DNA from: Escherichia phage fp01
Reading direction: 5' to 3' (one strand)
Length of the DNA stretch: 64,000 nucleotides
Sequence record: NC_048731.1
Below the pieces are notes generated by a model. It was not told the origin of the DNA and searched no databases. It saw nothing but the letters and a program-made list of their open reading frames with translations. This document shows, piece after piece, positions 40,724 to 51,917 of this stretch. Position 1 is the stretch's first letter, and every line of letters starts with the position of its first letter. The position numbers were made by a program, and so were the translations under genes.

Positions 40724-42133
40724 TTAGCCACCAGAACTAGTAACTGTAATGCTCTTAGTACCTTCTACACCAGAACCATCTTTAGCAACAGCTTTAACAG
40801 TAACCTCTCCAGTCTTAGTAGTATCCGCAGTTAATAGACCAGATTCTGGATCAATTGTAGCTGCATCACCACTAGAAATAGACCAAGTTACAGCACTATT
40901 AGTAGCGTCAGGCGGAGTTACTTCAACAGACATCTGTAAAGTATTGCTATTCTCCACTGAAGTGACATTACCAGCAGATTTAACTGTGATTGATTCAACT
41001 AGTTTTGGTGGAGTTTTAGCGCCATCTCCTGTAGCAATCAGATTAGCCACAGTGGTTTTAGTATACTTGTTAGAGAAACCAAGATAACCCTCATCACCCG
41101 TATCCAAATCTGTAGGGATAGCTTTAAACTCTACTGAAGTACCAAGTACATCATCAGTCTCAATAGTAGGAATGTTAACATGCGCCTGTTTAGCAACTAA
41201 CACAGCTGCCGGACGTTCATCATCGTATTCACCACCAAGGATAAGTGCAATCTCAAACTTGTTAACTACCTTAAGAGTTTTAATTAGATCTTTATATAGC
41301 TCCATAGATCCTAGAGCTTTATCGTTAAGGTAAGCTGTCAGAGAACCAGTTAGTTCAAATGCGCCAGTAAATGAACCGATCGGAATATTTACACGGGACA
41401 TAATATTCGGGGTTAGATACGTGATGTTATTATTAATGGTGAAAGTACCACCAGTAATAGGGATATCATATGCCTTATCAGAATCCATATCCTTAATTTT
41501 CAGGATAGTCAATTTGTTCTTGATATAAGAACTCTGAATAGTCATATAAGTTTCATCATCAATACCTACCTCATCTGGATCAAATGGTTGCGCATCCAGA
41601 GGAATAAGCTGATTACCATTACCAGACCAAGTTACACGACCAATATCCTCAATATCAACGTTAACTTCTGCCTGGTTGATCTGGCAAGAGTCGATGTAAC
41701 TCCATGCTTTGTCAGTCAGGATGTAGATATGCAGCATTGCCAGTTCGTGGTACGCGTTATCTTTAAAGTTAACCATAAAATTGGTTTCGTTATTATGTGC
41801 TCCTGTATCACCTTCTAGGTTAAGAGCTTTACCACTAGAAAGAGCATGCCATAACATATAGTCAGGGACAATCTGTTTGTTAGTAGTTTTATCTTTATAT
41901 GGCAGGATATAAGTAGAGAAACTCCACTCAGCCGCGTTTAAAGAGTCGTTAAAACGTTTAGAACCACGAGTTGGACGCGGACCAGCTTCATTAACAGTAA
42001 TATCTGTTGAGTTACTGTCCTGACCCCAAGAAATATCATCCTGAACTAGAATCTCTTGCGTGTTGGTCTTATCATGACCAGTCTTAACCGTAGACACGAA
42101 GATTCGAGTATTACGTAATAGTTGTAAAGACAT
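40724..42133 (-). CDS. major tail tube protein (pb6-like) with C-terminal Ig-like domain
   Basis: 469 aa; highly expressed codon usage; C-terminal Big_2-like Ig segment. Confidence 0.7.
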   Translation of the reverse strand: MSLQLLRNTRIFVSTVKTGHDKTNTQEILVQDDISWGQDSNSTDITVNEAGPRPTRGSKRFNDSLNAAEWSFSTYILPYKDKTTNKQIVPDYMLWHALSSGKALNLEGDTGAHNNETNFMVNFKDNAYHELAMLHIYILTDKAWSYIDSCQINQAEVNVDIEDIGRVTWSGNGNQLIPLDAQPFDPDEVGIDDETYMTIQSSYIKNKLTILKIKDMDSDKAYDIPITGGTFTINNNITYLTPNIMSRVNIPIGSFTGAFELTGSLTAYLNDKALGSMELYKDLIKTLKVVNKFEIALILGGEYDDERPAAVLVAKQAHVNIPTIETDDVLGTSVEFKAIPTDLDTGDEGYLGFSNKYTKTTVANLIATGDGAKTPPKLVESITVKSAGNVTSVENSNTLQMSVEVTPPDATNSAVTWSISSGDAATIDPESGLLTADTTKTGEVTVKAVAKDGSGVEGTKSITVTSSGG

Positions 42134-42159
42134 TTAATTATTTTCTCCTAATCTGTAAC

Positions 42160-42645
42160 TTATCTGCGAAGTGACCTACGTGGAGGCTGATACCTCACTG
42201 TTACATTTATTTCTGCTAAACCATATGGGGCCAGTAGACCCTCATCTGTACTAACTGATGTAATGATCATATCAGTTGCCTCACATGGGAAGGTCGATCC
42301 ATTAGGTTTACTAACAGTATATTCTAAATTTCCACCTGTGTCAATAACGGTTTTTATATCCGCTACGAGTTTTTCAAGTTGCTCTTGAATGTCTGTTTTC
42401 TCTTTATCGTACACCAGGATTGGAAGTTCTAAAAACATCCACTGTTGGCCTGAAGGAAGATACTGCCCAGTTTCAGTTCCGATATGAACTGCCACATAAG
42501 GAAACTCTCGTATTTCCTCAAATTTATAAGTTTGACGAGAAACGTTTCCATATAGGTTATTAAAATATTCGTCAGGTTGAGAACCGTCCAACTGTTTAGA
42601 TATACGGTCAACCAGAGCTTGTGCAATACTTGTTCTATGATCCAT
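42160..42645 (-). CDS. tail terminator protein (p142-like)
   Basis: 161 aa directly upstream of tail tube gene. Confidence 0.45.
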   Translation of the reverse strand: MDHRTSIAQALVDRISKQLDGSQPDEYFNNLYGNVSRQTYKFEEIREFPYVAVHIGTETGQYLPSGQQWMFLELPILVYDKEKTDIQEQLEKLVADIKTVIDTGGNLEYTVSKPNGSTFPCEATDMIITSVSTDEGLLAPYGLAEINVTVRYQPPRRSLRR

Positions 42646-42648
42646 TTA

Positions 42649-43416
42649 TTAGGTTCCTTGATTAACCTTGATTTTATATCTAGAGTGAATCAGGTCTCTT
42701 GCAGCTTTTGCTATAGCCTCACCAATAAGTTTTTGGGGGTTTCTAGCACCAGGATAAGGTCGTAGAGATAGTCCCCTATAGGTAGATACTGCAGGGTTGA
42801 ATACAGAATATGGACGAGTCATATAATTATACGTTACGTTTAATTCAGGAGAACCTTTACTAGTTTCAGAATCACGGAGCATAACATCTTTAATTTTTAA
42901 AGAGTTTGCAAACCTGCCAGTTCTAAATTTTAATGGAGCTCCTGTCTTTTTCATATCCTTTATTAAGTACTCTTTAGCAACTATCTCTAGTATAACCTTC
43001 ATATTGCTATTAGACACGAAACGTCCGGAAGCACCTGTTATTGCACCTGAGTATCCATCCTCTACGTCTCTAGGATCCCCAAAGTTTACCTGCACTCTGC
43101 CTGTAGAACGTTTTTTACCTACAGCGGATTTTTTGCCAGCAGTTGCCTGTATAAGATTTTCTAGAGCACCTAAATCCCCAGAAAGATCTAAACTAGAGGA
43201 TACCGCTTTTAGTATAGAGGCTGTTCTAACATCAAGAAGATCTTGTGATACGGGTTTTGAAAACTTAAAAGATACTTGAGCAACAGTACCATCTCTGGTA
43301 GGATCTTTTAACCCTGTTTCAACAGAGTATACAACAGTATTCTTATTATTTTCAGATCGTCCTGCAGTATCTAGCTGCTCTTTAATAATCTGTTTAGCTA
43401 GATCGGAAAGAGACAT
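42649..43416 (-). CDS. hypothetical head-tail joining or tail completion protein
   Basis: 255-aa ORF between connector and terminator genes. Confidence 0.4.
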   Translation of the reverse strand: MSLSDLAKQIIKEQLDTAGRSENNKNTVVYSVETGLKDPTRDGTVAQVSFKFSKPVSQDLLDVRTASILKAVSSSLDLSGDLGALENLIQATAGKKSAVGKKRSTGRVQVNFGDPRDVEDGYSGAITGASGRFVSNSNMKVILEIVAKEYLIKDMKKTGAPLKFRTGRFANSLKIKDVMLRDSETSKGSPELNVTYNYMTRPYSVFNPAVSTYRGLSLRPYPGARNPQKLIGEAIAKAARDLIHSRYKIKVNQGT

Positions 43417-43928
43417 TATACTCTCCTATACACTTCAATAATAGTACGAATATGCTCTGGAATACCAGACTTAGTGCTATTGAAGGTTACTGTTTCACCA
43501 CCAATTGTTTTAGCTTGGCGGTAATCTTGTTTGTGCCAATGATCTACTAGCATACATGCTGCAAGTTTGAGATCTTCAGGTATTGGATTGAATCCACCTT
43601 GTGTATATGCTACATCCATATAACCTTCTGGAGGATTAAATTTGAGAAGGATAATACCGTCAGAGTATAGCTTATACTGCTCTGGGTCAATCTCATTATC
43701 ATTAATCGTCACTTTAGTTACGGAAGTAGCAGATGGTGAACTCAGAAAATATTTCCTACGTGTAGGTTTTGTATTGATTAACTGGTCTACCGCATCAGCA
43801 TCATCCATGCCTAGAAGGCTTGTAATCAGCGCATTGGCAGCAGTAATCATCATTTCTACACCAGACTCTAATTCAGGTCGTTTTAAACTACCGTATAATC
43901 TATAATCTTCGGCTGTGATGATTTGCAT
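43416..43928 (-). CDS. putative head completion / head-tail adaptor protein
   Basis: 170-aa ORF immediately after capsid gene; start preceded by the conserved GGGAAAAATAAA motif. Confidence 0.4.
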   Translation of the reverse strand: MQIITAEDYRLYGSLKRPELESGVEMMITAANALITSLLGMDDADAVDQLINTKPTRRKYFLSSPSATSVTKVTINDNEIDPEQYKLYSDGIILLKFNPPEGYMDVAYTQGGFNPIPEDLKLAACMLVDHWHKQDYRQAKTIGGETVTFNSTKSGIPEHIRTIIEVYRRV

Positions 43929-43940
43929 TTATTTTTCCCA

Positions 43941-43972
43941 ATAAAAAAGGAGAGCCGAAGCTCTCCTTATCG
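43941..43972 (-). terminator. terminator within a conserved module after the capsid gene
   Basis: Minus strand ggagagcttcggctctcc then TTTTTTATTGGGAAAAATAAATG. Confidence 0.6.
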
Positions 43973-43987
43973 GCTGAAAAGCCTGTA

Positions 43988-45364
43988 TTAAGACGCAGCG
44001 TAAGCACCAGATACAACGCCATTACTAAAGTAACGTTGCAGGTTAACACGCTGAGTAACGTAGTACGCATCACGCTGTTTACCAGCTTGGCGCTCACGTT
44101 CAACAGTAACAGCGCGCTGACGCGGCATTACGAAGTTATCTTTATAAACAATAACTGCGAACTCTTTATCTACTGCTTTAGCTGGGAAGTACTCAGAAAC
44201 TACAACCGGCAGACCATAAATACGACCAACCTGACCTTGCAGTTTAACAGCATCGTTACCAACCTGGGCAACATCCTGCCATTCTTCATCTTCTAGCAGG
44301 TCGTAGTAAGCATCCATAGATACGATCAGTACCAGTTTGCTCAGTTTCAGACCATGACGGCCAAGTTTACGACGCAGTTTAGAAATAGTTTTAGCAGTTA
44401 CCAGAACAGTACCATCAGCTTTAGCTTCAGTAGTAACTTTAGCACCATCGTCTTCAGCCAGTTTCAACAGACCTTTCGGTTTACCAGTACCATCACCAGT
44501 CATAAACGCTTCTTCGATAGAAACAGCATGTGCTTCAATCAGACGCTTACGCAGCAGAGGCAGCAGAGAGAAGATTGCATCTTCTTCAGTTTCATCAGTG
44601 ATGAAGGATTTAGCAGCCAGTTTGTAGGTTTTAAAACTAATTTCAGTTAAAGTACCCTTAACTTCTTCACCAACAGTAGCATCAGTACCATATGAACCAG
44701 CATCTACCCAAGTAGCTTTTCCAGCTTCAGGCTCAACCAGCATAGTAAGAATTTTGCTGGACATTGGCAGTTCATCGAACAGTGCACCAACTACTAACTC
44801 TTTCTGCAGGTCACGAAGAATACGGGTAGAGAAAATAGTTTCATAGTTTTCACTGGAAACCTGTACAGAGGAAGAGGTATTAACAGCTTTAACGTGGGCC
44901 TTACCATGTTCAGTTTCAAATACGTCCTTCTCCATCATATAGGACAGAAGAACTAGTTTTTCAACTTCATCTTCAAAAGCTTCCTGAGTACCGTACAGTG
45001 CTTTAGCTACACTATCACCAACGAAGGAACGACCTTCACGAGCTGCTAGCAGAGATTTAATTTCATCCTGAAGACCAACAATAGTTTCCTGCTGTTTTTC
45101 TACAGTCTGTGCAAACAGTTCTGCGCTCTTCTTGGATTTTTCATCCAGGGACTTAACCAGCTCCAGAGCTTGTTCCAGTTTCTGACGATCTTCGCCAACT
45201 GCTTTAGAAACCAGGTCATTCATACGAGCCAGTTCTTTTTCTTCCTGCTCTTTACGCATACGTTCAGCTTCGGCAGCTTTCTGAGCAGCGGTCAGACCTT
45301 CCAGAGATTTAGCCAGATCACCCAGACCAAGTTCTTCTTTCAGCTTATTAATATCAATAGTCAT
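43988..45364 (-). CDS. major capsid protein (HK97 fold) with N-terminal scaffolding delta domain
   Basis: 458 aa; N-terminal coiled-coil about 150 aa then capsid core; optimised codons; RBS GGAG. Confidence 0.85.
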   Translation of the reverse strand: MTIDINKLKEELGLGDLAKSLEGLTAAQKAAEAERMRKEQEEKELARMNDLVSKAVGEDRQKLEQALELVKSLDEKSKKSAELFAQTVEKQQETIVGLQDEIKSLLAAREGRSFVGDSVAKALYGTQEAFEDEVEKLVLLSYMMEKDVFETEHGKAHVKAVNTSSSVQVSSENYETIFSTRILRDLQKELVVGALFDELPMSSKILTMLVEPEAGKATWVDAGSYGTDATVGEEVKGTLTEISFKTYKLAAKSFITDETEEDAIFSLLPLLRKRLIEAHAVSIEEAFMTGDGTGKPKGLLKLAEDDGAKVTTEAKADGTVLVTAKTISKLRRKLGRHGLKLSKLVLIVSMDAYYDLLEDEEWQDVAQVGNDAVKLQGQVGRIYGLPVVVSEYFPAKAVDKEFAVIVYKDNFVMPRQRAVTVERERQAGKQRDAYYVTQRVNLQRYFSNGVVSGAYAAS

Positions 45365-45381
45365 TTTTAAATAATTCTCCG

Positions 45382-46014
45382 TTATTCTTTAACGTAGCCT
45401 AAAGCTATCGCAAGTTTTTCTAGTTCAGAAAGATTACGTTCTTGAGCTGGGACAGCTTTAGAACTTATTGCAGTAAAAGATTTGCGCCATTCAGTATAAT
45501 CATGACCATTCATACTCTTAGCGAGATTGAATGTTGAGTCTTGATTACAAGGTACAGAAACTACCGAAACTTCGTATAGTTCTAAATCTTTAATAATAAA
45601 TATATCAGTAGCTTCATCCCACTCTGCATCTAGGCAGCGGAATCCGATACTAAAAGTTTTCAGTACACCGTTTTTAATTAGTGAAAAGATAGCCGGATCA
45701 GAACTTTCATAGATCTCGCATTCGATTTCGAGACCCATTTCAGTAGGATTAAGATCAATACACTTGCCGATTGGACGACGATGGTCGTGTCCGAAAAGAA
45801 TAATCGGGTTTTTCATGTAGTTAGCAAGTGCATTAGATGTTTTCCATGCCGAAGCAGGAATCACATCACCAGCACGATCTTTACTAATTGTATTAGCAAA
45901 TCCACGGATTTTTACAACACCCTCTTTGGATTCGCTATCAATAGATTTAATATAAGCATCTAAATGAACCGGTGCTGATTTTAACTTATTATAGTCAATC
46001 GCAGCGTTTGTCAT
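45382..46014 (-). CDS. prohead maturation protease
   Basis: 210 aa between portal/decoration and capsid genes; HK97-type protease-like. Confidence 0.7.
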   Translation of the reverse strand: MTNAAIDYNKLKSAPVHLDAYIKSIDSESKEGVVKIRGFANTISKDRAGDVIPASAWKTSNALANYMKNPIILFGHDHRRPIGKCIDLNPTEMGLEIECEIYESSDPAIFSLIKNGVLKTFSIGFRCLDAEWDEATDIFIIKDLELYEVSVVSVPCNQDSTFNLAKSMNGHDYTEWRKSFTAISSKAVPAQERNLSELEKLAIALGYVKE

Positions 46015-46017
46015 TTA

Positions 46018-46500
46018 TTAGCCTCCAACACCGGGATTAACAGTAGCCACACACTCGTTAGAAGTAATAGAAACGGATTTACTATCCGTTACCACAACTT
46101 TATAAGTGCCAGCATCTTCCGCAGCAGCTGTAGCTTTGTTAAAGTTAGGACCAGTAGCACCACTTAGCGGGGAACCATCTTTAGTCCAAGCATAAGTATA
46201 AGGTGCTGTACCTCCAGTAACTGTTACACCAAGATTAATTGCTGCACCAGTTTCAACTGTTAGAGTTTTAGCTAAATTTTTAGTGAAGGCTAGAGCAGGT
46301 ACTGCTGGACCAGCCTTACCATAAGCCTCTACAAATTTCTTCCATACTTTGCGGTTAGTATGCGCAGATGAAAGTCCTAGTTCTCTACGCAGAAAAGCAT
46401 AGCTAGGAACATATTTATGCGCAGCAACCGTAGCAAAGAAGATATGAGATTCTGGTAGTTTTTCACCAAAAATGGTCTTTAGACCACTATAATCAATCAT
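46018..46500 (-). CDS. capsid decoration protein with Ig-like domain (pb10-like)
   Basis: 160 aa; C-terminal Ig-like beta segment. Confidence 0.5.
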   Translation of the reverse strand: MIDYSGLKTIFGEKLPESHIFFATVAAHKYVPSYAFLRRELGLSSAHTNRKVWKKFVEAYGKAGPAVPALAFTKNLAKTLTVETGAAINLGVTVTGGTAPYTYAWTKDGSPLSGATGPNFNKATAAAEDAGTYKVVVTDSKSVSITSNECVATVNPGVGG

Positions 46501-47714
46501 TCTTTATCTCCCTCGGTGGAACCTTGAGGTCTACCACCTTCTTGACCGGATACGCCTGTTGCAGAACCAGCGACGTTAGCAGGAATACGAATCTTATTCA
46601 TCTGCTCATCATCTAAAGGCTCAAGGTTCAGCTCTAAACGAGCTTCGTTACCAGTTATAATACCATTATTAACCAATGAGGTTAAATGTTTAGCCTCAGA
46701 TTCTTTATCTGGTGTTAATGCAGCTACTTCCTTAGTATTAGGAGTAATCTTATAACCAAAAAAGAAAGTAAGAGAACTAGTCAGCTTGTTCAGCATAGGG
46801 ATGATAGTCATATAATAGAACAGTTCGATATTTGGTCGAATGTTCGCATTATTACCACCATCAAGTAGCACTTGCGGAACACCAAAGGCTAGACAGATAG
46901 ATTTATTAAATCCTTCAATGTCTTCCTTAAAGTCTAGATCTTTAAAAGAGGATATTTGGGAGTACGGTTTAGCTTTCATACCACCATCTAGAATCAGGAC
47001 AGAGGACTGACCAGTACTAGGATTATAATCTAGTTGCAATTCTTCTTGTTTACGCTCACGCAATTTCTTGTTCAGGATTTCATCCGTCTCAAGAATAAGA
47101 CCAATCACGGTTCCGTTATCGAGGAATTTCTCTTTAAAGTTAAGCATCTTAGAACGCTTCTCAAGAGAATCAATAACAGTAGCAACACGAGATTGTCCAG
47201 AAATTTGAGAATTTGTGCCGCACACGTAACTGTTATCCTTTATAAAGATAATCTCATCTACGCGATAGTCTATCTGATTATTAAATATAAATTTTTTGAT
47301 AAACTTATTGGCATCTGCCTCTACTTGCATTAGTGCAGCAGGGACATGGTAAAGTGCTGTGCCATCCCAATAGATGTATGCACAACCTTCAAAGAGTAGG
47401 TCAGTGACTACAAGTCTACGGAATGTGCTTATATCCATGAATGGATTAGGTCGTACATTTAAGAGAGTGTCTAGAGTCTTTGTCTTGATGCCATTGGCAT
47501 ATGTGACAATATTATATTTATCTCCGACAGTATAAGAACACTCCGCCGCACTATCTATAACCATATTAGCAGTTCTATTGAGAATCTCAATTTTACTGTA
47601 GGCTTGTCCAGTGGTAAAAGGCTTACGGTTAGTGCGATGACTAACTGGTTCCATGTCTCTTATAATACGTTGACCCGGATTTAGCTTTTCAGTAATCCAG
47701 CTTTTAAAACCCAT
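46497..47714 (-). CDS. portal protein
   Basis: 405 aa immediately downstream of terminase region and upstream of protease. Confidence 0.75.
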   Translation of the reverse strand: MGFKSWITEKLNPGQRIIRDMEPVSHRTNRKPFTTGQAYSKIEILNRTANMVIDSAAECSYTVGDKYNIVTYANGIKTKTLDTLLNVRPNPFMDISTFRRLVVTDLLFEGCAYIYWDGTALYHVPAALMQVEADANKFIKKFIFNNQIDYRVDEIIFIKDNSYVCGTNSQISGQSRVATVIDSLEKRSKMLNFKEKFLDNGTVIGLILETDEILNKKLRERKQEELQLDYNPSTGQSSVLILDGGMKAKPYSQISSFKDLDFKEDIEGFNKSICLAFGVPQVLLDGGNNANIRPNIELFYYMTIIPMLNKLTSSLTFFFGYKITPNTKEVAALTPDKESEAKHLTSLVNNGIITGNEARLELNLEPLDDEQMNKIRIPANVAGSATGVSGQEGGRPQGSTEGDKE

Positions 47715-48151
47715 TATAAGAACCTTGCGAATCCTGATTTTGTTTCAGTCTTGACTTGTGTCTTTTCTTGAGGATTCTGTAATTTGTCTTTCTGCTTTTG
47801 AACCCACACTTTTTGCTTATTAGCAGAAAATAAGGGAGGTTCTTTTGTGTAAACCTTATGTAATAATTGGTGATGGTGTACACAAAGGGTAACAGTGTCT
47901 TCTACTAGCTCATGCCTGTATCGATCATAGAATGCCGTCCTATTTGAAAGGACTGTTTCTTCGTCAGTGAAATCCAGTTGGAGTTCTTTAGCAAATTTTT
48001 TAACTAGTAGAGACACCGTATGGTAATGATGAAGCTCTAATTCTTCAGCACAACCGCAGATAGCACATTGAGAGTCTTTTTTATATTGACTTTTTATTCC
48101 GTCTCTCATAAGGGATATAGCATCGCGTTTATATTTTACATTGCTTGCCAT
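47714..48151 (-). CDS. HNH endonuclease
   Basis: CAICGC...HHYH...CVHHH..LH zinc-finger HNH motif; start set at internal ATG with RBS GAGGAG. Confidence 0.65.
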   Translation of the reverse strand: MASNVKYKRDAISLMRDGIKSQYKKDSQCAICGCAEELELHHYHTVSLLVKKFAKELQLDFTDEETVLSNRTAFYDRYRHELVEDTVTLCVHHHQLLHKVYTKEPPLFSANKQKVWVQKQKDKLQNPQEKTQVKTETKSGFARFL

Positions 48152-48265
48152 AGTGTTCTCCTCAACTGTATGAATATAGTATACATAATCGTATCGAATT
48201 TGTAAAGGGGATTTTAAAATGCAGGAATGGGATACCAACTGAGTAGTATCCCATCCTATACTTAT

Positions 48266-49582
48266 TTATTTACCACGGGAAATAGAGTAAATTCCATAGC
48301 GCAGAGCATCACAAAGGTGAGAGTTAGCATCATGACGTGGTTTTTCACGTGATAATTTCTCTTCGCCTTCTTGGAAATCCCACTTGTAGTTCTGCAATGC
48401 ATGGATTAATGAAGAGCATGAAGCGTCTACAATAATCTTACCCTGTTGGAATAGTGCTTGTAAACATGCTAATCCATCTAGGACAGATTTTTTAGCTGGA
48501 GCTGATGCAATTTCATGTTCGTAAGCTAAGTCCTGGCGGAACTGAGCTGCCGCGGAATCAACGAAGATACGATCTACGTTATAACGATCTATACAGTGCT
48601 GAATATACGCAGCATGCTGAGCTGTAGTTTTCTCTGCCTGCTGGTACTCTTCTAATACATAGTAAGTATCTGTATCATAATGATACTTGATAGTAAGAAC
48701 TGCTGTAGGATCACGATAACCAACGTCAATGCCAAGCAATGTTTCGAATGCTTCATCATCTTTAAAGAAGTGACGCATACCTTTAAGGTCTTTAACATGA
48801 TCGATAGCATTAAAGGTATCAAAGATCTGACCTTCGAATACAGAGAAGTCAGCCTCATATTCCTGACGGAAGTAGTTTTTACTAACAGTACGACGTGCTT
48901 CTTCGATGTCATTCAGGTCAGCACGTGGATTATCACGATATGTACCATGAATAGACACCCAGTTAGGTAATGTATCATCAAATCCATAGGCATAAAACTC
49001 TTTAAACCAGTTACCACCACGAGGAGTAGAGATAAATAGAGCCTTAGAATTAGGTTTATCTAGAGTAGGGCGCAGCTGAACCCTAAAGGCATCACCACCC
49101 ACATCGGAAATTGCCGCCTCGTCAAAGATGATAAAATCATATGAACGTCCAACTGCGGAGTCCGCCTGAGCCGCAGAAGCTAGTTTAAATAGAGAACCAT
49201 TAGCTAACTCAATCTCTTTATCTTTAGCATTCTCACGTTCAGTTTGCAACCCATACTTCTTAATAAGACCACGAATCTGAGACCATCCGATATTGGCCAG
49301 TGAGTAGTTAGGGGCAACTACTAGCACCTTCACATTAGGTTCCAGCAATTTTAGGAACCCAAGTGTATATGCTATAAAGGATTTGCCTACACGACGTGAC
49401 ACACACGCCGTTACAAAACGATGTCTAGGGTCCTCTAAAGCATTAATAATTGCTATTTGAGGACCATTAGGTGTAATACCTTCTTGCGCTAGTATTCCTG
49501 AAACCGGTAGACGAAAGAAACGTTTGTCTATTCCGAAATCAATAACATCTACTGTATTAACGTAGGGTCTTGATACTTCCAT
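48266..49582 (-). CDS. terminase large subunit
   Basis: Walker A VSRRVGKS, Walker B DFIIFDEAA, C-terminal nuclease-like region; 438 aa. Confidence 0.85.
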   Translation of the reverse strand: MEVSRPYVNTVDVIDFGIDKRFFRLPVSGILAQEGITPNGPQIAIINALEDPRHRFVTACVSRRVGKSFIAYTLGFLKLLEPNVKVLVVAPNYSLANIGWSQIRGLIKKYGLQTERENAKDKEIELANGSLFKLASAAQADSAVGRSYDFIIFDEAAISDVGGDAFRVQLRPTLDKPNSKALFISTPRGGNWFKEFYAYGFDDTLPNWVSIHGTYRDNPRADLNDIEEARRTVSKNYFRQEYEADFSVFEGQIFDTFNAIDHVKDLKGMRHFFKDDEAFETLLGIDVGYRDPTAVLTIKYHYDTDTYYVLEEYQQAEKTTAQHAAYIQHCIDRYNVDRIFVDSAAAQFRQDLAYEHEIASAPAKKSVLDGLACLQALFQQGKIIVDASCSSLIHALQNYKWDFQEGEEKLSREKPRHDANSHLCDALRYGIYSISRGK

Positions 49583-50064
49583 TACTTCTTACCTCCAGTA
49601 GCTAGGGAAGTAATTAAGTCCATGTAGTTTTGATCCCCAGCTCCAGCAATAATATTATTCTGGATGTTGGTCTGATTGGCTGGAGTACGGGCTGCTGCCT
49701 TCACTTTCTCCAGTTCTACCATCATTTTCATTTCTTCCATCTTCATCTTGTGTGCCTTCCAGAGAATATCCATAATATCCTGGTCAGAACCCATGCCGGT
49801 TTCTTCTAGCTCCTCTAGTTTACGCTTGATAACTTCATCCAGAACACCAAATAAACGATCTCTGTTACGGAAACCACTCTCCATAAAAATATCATTTAAG
49901 TAGTTCTTAACTTCACTACGATTCATAATATCTCGAAAAGCAATTTCGGACATCCCAAGACTACGTGCGGCAGAAGGCACATCGCTGCCGCACTGTAAAT
50001 AAGCTTCAATCACATCCATCCCTTCAGGGGACATAAGATCTGGTACTAATACATCATTTGCCAT
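49582..50064 (-). CDS. putative terminase small subunit
   Basis: 160 aa, N-terminal HTH-like [17 protein letters not shown], coiled-coil C-terminus; immediately upstream of large subunit. Confidence 0.45.
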
Positions 50065-50074
50065 ATTTCCTCCT

Positions 50075-51832
50075 TTAGGTAAGGCGTTGAACTGTTACTC
50101 TTAATCTAGGTAGGAAAACCGCACTACCTAAACTTACGTGCATAACTACCCCTAACTCTACATTTCCATTTCCTAGATTTTTAACTGTATATGTGAAACT
50201 ATTTCTACTTAGTGCATTATTAGGTGTGTATCTAAATGCAGATGTAGTATGAAATGGTACTAAGTAACCTACAGGTAATGTTAAAATCTGGTGGAATATT
50301 GCATCTCCATTACTATAGCTATAAGCCCTTCTTCCCTGCACCTGAAATACACCGTTATTCCATGTATTAGCCGGAACACCAGCACAATTAAGATTACCAG
50401 ATATAACTTCAGTAGTAAGAATAACGGTAGCATTACCTCCTGGAATTCCTAGTCCAATAGTAGATAGAGCCACGTATCTGTCTCCAGTTCCGGGGTAGTA
50501 AGGGGTAATATCATCCCCCATGTAAGAACTACCAACATTTCCACTAAAAAGTCTCAGAGGAACTGAAGAAGGCCCCCAAACAACACCATGTTCATTACCA
50601 ATAGTATTATTACTTGAGTTTACGTACCATTGCTTACCCGCTCCGAATTTGTAAATACTAATTTGAGACTTAGCCCCTCCATAGTCTACGGGAGACCATA
50701 AACTTCCATTACTAGAGCCTACAAGTTCGCACCTTGCAGTGGTATCTCCAAAGGCTCCAGTGTACGCTGCGTTATTTCCGACGTATTCCATATCTGGCCT
50801 ATAGCCTAAGTTACCAAAAGCATTCTGGTTAATAAACTTATATCCAGTATTCGGTAAACTAACCCCTTTTATAGTAAAATTAGAGGGGGAGATAAGAATA
50901 TCTGAACCAGTAAAAGGATTACCAGAGATACCCATATTACCATTAGAATACCTCAGATTAAGTACATACCAAATAACCTTAGTAGGAGTTATGTTATACC
51001 AATCCTGTAATATTGTAGCATTACCAGATTGATTAGCTAAATTAGTTGTAGAACCCCTACAAACAAATCTGTTACCTCCATCGTGGTACATAGTATTTAC
51101 GCTACCAGGAAGACCTTGTCTTACCCCGCCATACCCACGTATGTTAGAGCTACAAACATAGAACCAATCGTGTCCTCTGTGTGCTGATCCTAAAGGAGAC
51201 ATCCATCCCGGATCCCAGTAATATGGATTATTACCATCTATAGGTACTGTACTACTATTAGTAGGAAAACCCAGCTGTGCAAAAGCTTCTGCAACAGTAA
51301 TACCTACTGGAGCTCCTGCACCTGGCCTAACTATACCATGATAAGTACTATGTAGGGTGGTCCCACCAGTACCATTTCTAGAGATAGATTCTTCATGCCC
51401 TATAGATGGGTTATAGTTATATGTGCCAGATGCCAGGCTATTACCAAATGCAAATCCACTAGTTTGGGAAACGCTAGCAAAAGATCTAAAAGGATCTGCT
51501 TGAGTGGCAACTATAGTTTGACCTACTTTACTCTGAGTACCATTAAGAAAAGCCCTATGAGTACCATTAATCTCAATAGCAGTTAGTATAACTCTACCTG
51601 GGTCATTGGATTTAATATTTATTATGTCAGAGGGCATCTGACATACAAAAAACCCATTTCCAGCATTTCCTAACCCGGCCTCATAAGTACCATCAACTAG
51701 GACAAATGGCATATCACTATGAAAAATACTATTGGCATTTGGACTATAGTGACGATTAATGTCACCCCCAGATTCAGTATTTAAAGATAGTACGGTCTTA
51801 CCATCGCTATATTTTCCAGCGAAAAAACCCAT
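50075..51832 (-). CDS. putative receptor-binding tail protein (pb5-like)
   Basis: 585-aa Gly/Asn/Ser/Tyr-rich beta-type protein next to a divergent lipoprotein gene, the arrangement of T5 oad/llp. Confidence 0.5.
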
Positions 51833-51857
51833 ATAATCTCCTATTATAAAAATGTAT

Positions 51858-51890
51858 TTGCTTTCATCCCTCTATTTTGCTATAATAGAT
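51858..51890 (+). promoter_or_regulatory. T5-type early promoter for the lipoprotein gene
   Basis: -35 TTGCTT (51858-51863), 17-nt spacer, -10 TATAAT (51881-51886), then AGATTCATAAATTAGAAATGGAGAG leader. Confidence 0.6.
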
Positions 51891-51917
51891 TCATAAATTA
51901 GAAATGGAGAGATAAAT

